DNA from: a virus
Length of the DNA: 64,000 bases
Reading direction: 5' to 3' (one strand)
IMG/VR virus record: IMGVR_UViG_3300020190_000012
Location: 66,268-130,267 of that record
The position numbers and the translations under genes were made by a program. Positions within the stretch are counted from its first letter, which is position 1; every line of letters starts with the position of its first letter. Below the pieces are notes generated by a model. That model ran no database searches. It saw nothing but the letters and a program-made list of their open reading frames with translations, and was not told where the DNA came from. Below, piece after piece: positions 59,785 to 64,000 of the stretch.

Positions 59785-59917
59785 CTAGAGACAGGTGCTG
59801 CACCCAAGGGCTGTAAATAACCCGTCACACAAACGGAACTAGAAAGTTGTCATCCCCAGCAGGGACACCGCCTCTGGGGGTTTGGAGCCGCATTTCTTCC
59901 CGAACCTCAGGGGTCGA

Positions 59918-60271
59918 TCAGGTCTCTGGGTTGTCGTCGATCTTGGTTTGGATCTTCAACGAATCAGGCTCTTTTTCGATGCAGTCGAGTGGTTTTTTGA
60001 TAAGGTTTCTCCACCCCCACATGAGGAGGATGGTTGCCAGTGGTGCGTACCAGAAGAGCCATCCGTAGCTGGATGTGTGGACGCCCGGTTCTGCGAGTTT
60101 TGTTTTCAACTCCAGCATCACTGCGTTGTCTGTCGTCTTGTTGGGGATGATGACCGGGTCACTGGAGCAGCCTGCTGCGAAGCATATTGCTGCGAAGCAT
60201 ATTGCTGCGAAGCATATTCCCAACATGATTAATGGAATCTTTGTGATGAATTTCATTTCTCTGCGCCTCAT
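59918..60271 (-). CDS. putative lipoprotein with second TM segment
   Basis: Lipobox-like AAG-C; WLFWYAPLATILLMWGW. Confidence 0.6.
   Translation of the reverse strand: MRRREMKFITKIPLIMLGICFAAICFAAICFAAGCSSDPVIIPNKTTDNAVMLELKTKLAEPGVHTSSYGWLFWYAPLATILLMWGWRNLIKKPLDCIEKEPDSLKIQTKIDDNPET
60173..60217. repeat. 15-bp tandem repeat x3 (ICFAA) in signal peptide
   Basis: TGCTGCGAAGCATAT x3, perfect. Confidence 0.95.
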
Positions 60272-60708
60272 TACTTTTTGGTTGTTGCTGCGGCAGTGCC
60301 GAAGTAGAAGCCAACAATGCTGAGGAGCACTTCGCGGTTTTCTGATGTCCAGAAAAACCCATTGACCTCAACGAATGCTTTCTTGACCGTTGCCGGGATG
60401 AGGCCAAAGAGGCCTTCTGGATTCTTCACATCGACTTCGACGAACGTTGGAATCCCAAAGAATGGGAGGATGAACGGGGCTGCGAACGCCCCAAAGAGGA
60501 TCGTCAGCACAATAATCTGACGAACCACCCTGCCCGTGTCGATTGGAACCCTCGCTGCTGCTTTGTCTTGATTTTCTCTTGTCTGTATGTTCGCCTGAAT
60601 CAGTTGGTTGAACATCTCCTTCTGGTCGGCGCTCTTCTGCGCCATGTACCTGAAGAGGAACCCCACAAGTCCACCACCAACCAGGCTTATAAGTTCAGAT
60701 GAAAACAT
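60271..60708 (-). CDS. membrane protein, holin-like
   Basis: About three hydrophobic segments ending SIVGFYFG. Confidence 0.5.
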   Translation of the reverse strand: MFSSELISLVGGGLVGFLFRYMAQKSADQKEMFNQLIQANIQTRENQDKAAARVPIDTGRVVRQIIVLTILFGAFAAPFILPFFGIPTFVEVDVKNPEGLFGLIPATVKKAFVEVNGFFWTSENREVLLSIVGFYFGTAAATTKK

Positions 60709-60841
60709 GCCTTCTTATCCTCTTTCTGTCCTGTTGCGGAAATTGTTGCAAATTTGTTCATGTTGATGTATCATCGATTTATGTCCACATTTAGATACCT
60801 TTAAAAGAGGAAAGAACCTTCATTCCACTCCACACCAAACT

Positions 60842-61684
60842 TCACCTTCCGATTGGAATGTTGGCCACATCGGATATGGTTATGTGCTTTATCCCAACCG
60901 TTCCCGTTGAAAAGCGGCGGAAATAACCAGTGTTCGCGATGTGCATGATCATGTGGAAGAGGTAGTCGGGCAGGAGCAGGTCGGTTCTCTCCACCTTCAC
61001 ACCGATCAACTCTGACCCCCAATCCCTCACGGGGGTTCCCACCCTGTCGGGGCTCCCGCGCCTGATGATCCAGAAGTCGGCGTCCTTCATCCCCACCTTC
61101 AGGGTGACAAGGTCACCAAGGGTGAGATGGTCACCAGACCCTGCCTCTCGTGCTGCTCCTGCAACTCGTGCTGCGGTCTTCTCACGCCTCCCAAGCTTCC
61201 TGAGAGCCGCAGAAACGATCTCCCTGTGGTCAAATGCCATGGTGGGCAGTTCCTCCAACGGAAACCACTCTGCGTCTGATGCGTCGTCCCCGCCCCTTGC
61301 CCGGGGGCTTCCGTCAACGCGAACGGCAAATGCATGGGATTTGGTCCATGAATCTGGGGAGTCGCGTGGGTCTCTGCCTCCACCCTCAAACACCCCCACC
61401 TCAATGAGGTCTCCAGGGTCAACGGATACACCTGTTTCTTCCAACGTTTCACGGACCGCTGCCTCTCTCGGAGATTCACGACCCTCTTTCCACCTCTCAC
61501 CCCTCTGTGCGTCTGTGTTGATGAAGCCACCTGGGAGGGCCCACCTGCCGCCCTCCACAGCCCCCCCGGAGCGGAGAACCAGAAGTATTTCTTCTCCCCC
61601 GGTTTTTCCTCTGAGAGCCACAAGGTCAACAGTTGGATTGACCCCCAAAAGGTGCAGGGTGTCTTTTGCCCTCTTGTACCACAT
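60842..61684 (-). CDS. Nudix hydrolase fused to HsdS-TRD-like domain (start revised to MWYKRAK)
   Basis: TVD.V, WALPGG, ES..EAAVRETLEETG, RDPR, GDDA..A.W, AFDH; then EKTAA linker and LLPDYL....G.F....G....HI...D. Confidence 0.85.
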   Translation of the reverse strand: MWYKRAKDTLHLLGVNPTVDLVALRGKTGGEEILLVLRSGGAVEGGRWALPGGFINTDAQRGERWKEGRESPREAAVRETLEETGVSVDPGDLIEVGVFEGGGRDPRDSPDSWTKSHAFAVRVDGSPRARGGDDASDAEWFPLEELPTMAFDHREIVSAALRKLGRREKTAARVAGAAREAGSGDHLTLGDLVTLKVGMKDADFWIIRRGSPDRVGTPVRDWGSELIGVKVERTDLLLPDYLFHMIMHIANTGYFRRFSTGTVGIKHITISDVANIPIGR

Positions 61685-62625
61685 GTCAGGTGTCCTCTCC
61701 AGCACGGGTAGAGGGCCGCCGCCCGGCATCTGTTGACATCCTCCTCCGGATTGCGGAGATGCGATCCTCGTGCGCCTGCAACGCGTCGTAGGCCTCCTGC
61801 CCAAGTTCTGCATCACTGACTGTCGCAAGCGGAATTGCACCTGTCATCACGGCAAAGTCGCCGTCTCTGCGGATTTCCGCCCCCAGCTGTGCGGGGGACA
61901 TGTTCTCATTTCTCCCCCGCAACGCTGCTTGCCGCATCAGTTCTTCAACACCAAGACCCATGTTGCTCCTGTTGGGCTCATCATCTCCGCCGGACGGGTC
62001 GTCTTCTTCCCTCTCGCGCAGGTCCAACTCCGTCTCAAGCATGTCGATGATCCCCTGGGGTGCGCCAGCCATGTATGCGTGATCCAACATCTCCCCAACC
62101 TCTCTGTCCGTGTACCCTGTAAACCTGCCAGCATCGATTTCCGCACCGCTCCCCCCTGGAGTGGGAGTCGCGCCCCCCATCTCTTGTCTGATGGTCTCGG
62201 CTGCTTTCTGCACCGCAATCTCAAGCTGCTCGCCAGCCGTGTCCATCTCGCCACGGCCCTTGACCTCGATGTCGTAGGTCTGATCCTCGCGGAACTTGCG
62301 AACTGCCTCGTCCAACTCTGCTGGTGCACGGTCATCTTCAAGCAAAGACTCGACAGTGTCCGCAAGATCCTCTGGAGTCTGAATCTCTGCACCGTCACCG
62401 TTGTACCTGTCCCACGCCTCAAGCAGTGACCTGTATGGGTGCTTGGCACGCTGCTGCTCAGGATTGTCATTCGCAGCGCCCCACCAGTTCATCCCTCTGC
62501 CCCCCCCGAAACGGAGGACCAGAAGTGTTTCTTGTCCCCCGGTTTTTCCTCTGAGAGCCACAAGGTCAACAGTCCGCTTGGACTCTAAAAGGTGCAGGGT
62601 GTCTTTTGCCCTCTTGTACCACATG
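61561..62625. repeat. ~125-bp direct repeat (61561-61685 and ~62499-62625)
   Basis: CCCCCGGTTTTTCCTCTGAGAGCCACAAGGTCAACAGT and AAAAGGTGCAGGGTGTCTTTTGCCCTCTTGTACCACATG identical in both copies. Confidence 0.92.
61686..62624 (-). CDS. acidic hypothetical protein; alternative start 62492 (MNWWGAA)
   Basis: First ~42 aa duplicate the Nudix N-terminus; AGAGGG precedes ATG 62492. Confidence 0.7.
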   Translation of the reverse strand: MWYKRAKDTLHLLESKRTVDLVALRGKTGGQETLLVLRFGGGRGMNWWGAANDNPEQQRAKHPYRSLLEAWDRYNGDGAEIQTPEDLADTVESLLEDDRAPAELDEAVRKFREDQTYDIEVKGRGEMDTAGEQLEIAVQKAAETIRQEMGGATPTPGGSGAEIDAGRFTGYTDREVGEMLDHAYMAGAPQGIIDMLETELDLREREEDDPSGGDDEPNRSNMGLGVEELMRQAALRGRNENMSPAQLGAEIRRDGDFAVMTGAIPLATVSDAELGQEAYDALQAHEDRISAIRRRMSTDAGRRPSTRAGEDT

Positions 62626-62790
62626 CTACACGCCATTGTGGGCGCAGGCAGAGAGCCGTGCGACTAATTTTCTTTCAGCCTTTTTGAGCCAACAAGCCTT
62701 CTCAGCAACGCGCAACACTATGGCTAGGAAAGTCTGTGTGAGCATGTGCTATTCTTCTGTCTGAAGAGGGCGATTGATGAAGTCCTCTAT

Positions 62791-63273
62791 TCATTGATGT
62801 CGTTCGGCCGCCTCGCGGACGGCCTCATCGCTGAGAGGATCTCCAGTCGCATTCTCATCTCTATGAGCTCCTCTTTCCCCCTCATGGCTGAGAATATCCA
62901 ATATGGCCTCTGTGGGGTCTTTTGTCTTGATATTCGGGAACTTGTCCTTCATCATCTCGAGAATCTTGGATAACTTCTCTATGAATCCAACCAGGATCGT
63001 TTCTTTTTGAGATGGCACATGCGTGTCCGTGTCACCGTTGGTGAAACCTTGATCTAAAGAATAAGCGTAAATGTCTCTCTCTAAATGGAGGGTATCTGCT
63101 GCCATTTGAGCGTTCTCTTCTTCTATGGAATCAACGAAAGATTTTAAATCTCCCCCTTCCAGCGCCCTCATCAATTTACCCCCATCATAACCATGATGAA
63201 TATAAGCCGTCTTCAGCCAGCCAGTTTTCTTCCCTATTTCAACCCAGTCGTTCTTTGAAAGCCTGTATATCAT
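62791..63273 (-). CDS. hypothetical protein with tag
   Basis: AGGAGG RBS; MIYRLSKNDWVEIGKKTGWLKTA. Confidence 0.8.
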   Translation of the reverse strand: MIYRLSKNDWVEIGKKTGWLKTAYIHHGYDGGKLMRALEGGDLKSFVDSIEEENAQMAADTLHLERDIYAYSLDQGFTNGDTDTHVPSQKETILVGFIEKLSKILEMMKDKFPNIKTKDPTEAILDILSHEGERGAHRDENATGDPLSDEAVREAAERHQ

Positions 63274-63312
63274 ACATGAATCCTCCTTTGTGCTGATGAG
63301 AATTATCTATTC

Positions 63313-63337
63313 TTACCTCCAAGCTAAGGTATCCCCT
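63313..63337 (-). promoter_or_regulatory. putative phage promoter AGG-N18-GTAA
   Basis: AGG GGATACCTTAGCTTGGAG GTAAGAAT. Confidence 0.55.
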
Positions 63338-63523
63338 TTTTTCAAAATTACGACTCCAGCCCCACCCATACCACCCACGTCCCGACAGGTTGCCAAATAT
63401 CTTACCCCCCAGTTCACAAAAGGTATCCCCGTCCCAGGGAAAATGAAGATGAGGGCGCTTGGGCCTAAGGTATCCCCGGTGGGGGGAATCAAACTGCCAT
63501 AAGACCCCCCCGGGGTGGGGGTA

Positions 63524-63700
63524 TGCACCCATGACATGTTGCGAAGAAAGAGACGGTGCAACACCGGCCGGTGTTCACACCGGCGCGCATGTGGATGCGT
63601 GCAGCACGCTGCACCCATGACATGTTGCGAAGAACGAGAAGGTGCTTGGAGTGCAACACCGGCCGGTGTTCACACCGGCGCGCATGTGGATGCGTGCAGC
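63524..63700. repeat. ~85-bp imperfect direct repeat x2 containing 16-bp palindrome
   Basis: TGCACCCATGACATGTTGCGAAGAA and GTGCAACACCGGCCGGTGTTCACACCGGCGCGCATGTGGATGCGTGCAGC each occur twice. Confidence 0.9.
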
Positions 63701-63902
63701 GCGCCGGAGGCGGGTCAAGTTGGCCCGTCCGCTCGAGCAGATGGTCAGCAGAGCATTATGCTGACTCGTGCAGCTTGAGTTTCTGTACCCGGGTTATGCA
63801 CCGGCGCGCATGTGGTGTGGTGTGGCGCGCCGGTCGACCGATACGTAGGAGTTCCTGATCATCAATGATTGTGGTTGGGTGACTCCAACAGACGGATCCC
63901 CC

Positions 63903-64000
63903 GTCGCCCCACGCTACCCACAGATGTCGCCCCACGCTACCCACAGATGTCGCCCCACGCTACCCACAGATGTCGCCCCACGCTACCCACAGATGTCGCC
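63903..64000. repeat. 23-bp perfect tandem repeat, at least 4 copies, runs off window
   Basis: GTCGCCCCACGCTACCCACAGAT x4 plus partial. Confidence 0.97.

Noticed and set aside
61561-62625. DGR TR/VR pair or IS element
   Set aside because: Differences between copies are not adenine-specific; no RT, transposase or inverted ends.
62626-62745. 39-aa minus-strand ORF containing WLKKAE
   Set aside because: It matches the short tag but has no clear RBS and is too short to distinguish from chance.
63903-64000. CRISPR array
   Set aside because: The 23-bp units are head-to-tail with no spacers, and there are no cas genes in the window.

Overview
This 64-kb window looks like part of a large (jumbo/huge) tailed dsDNA phage genome; the host is probably diderm and possibly PVC-superphylum (inference). 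Recognisable genes: three tail-fibre-like proteins, an SMC/ABC-type ATPase, dUTPase, class II RNR, ThyX, a DEDDh exonuclease, a FliA-like sigma factor, Mn-type SOD, thioredoxin, G6PD (zwf), a C5 DNA methyltransferase with a nested alternative-frame ORF, an ~11.6-kb sugar-modification cluster (rfbB, rfbA, epimerase, rfbH, glycosyl- and methyltransferases), a Nudix hydrolase and two tRNAs. The right end is non-coding and repeat-rich. The most striking unexplained signal is a peptide tag shared by many otherwise unrelated proteins, including G6PD and the Nudix enzyme. Its long form is [ST]xx[DEQ]Wxx[IA]GxxxG[WYL](xKxA) and its short form is W-x-K-x-A; K-x-A also sits at domain junctions. I infer a capsid-targeting/protease-processing system that loads cargo into the virion. 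Also found: a recurrent promoter-like motif (AGG-N18-G[AT]AA, 10 exact copies just upstream of genes) and a candidate ~500-nt structured ncRNA. All family assignments come from motifs recognised by eye; no searches were run.
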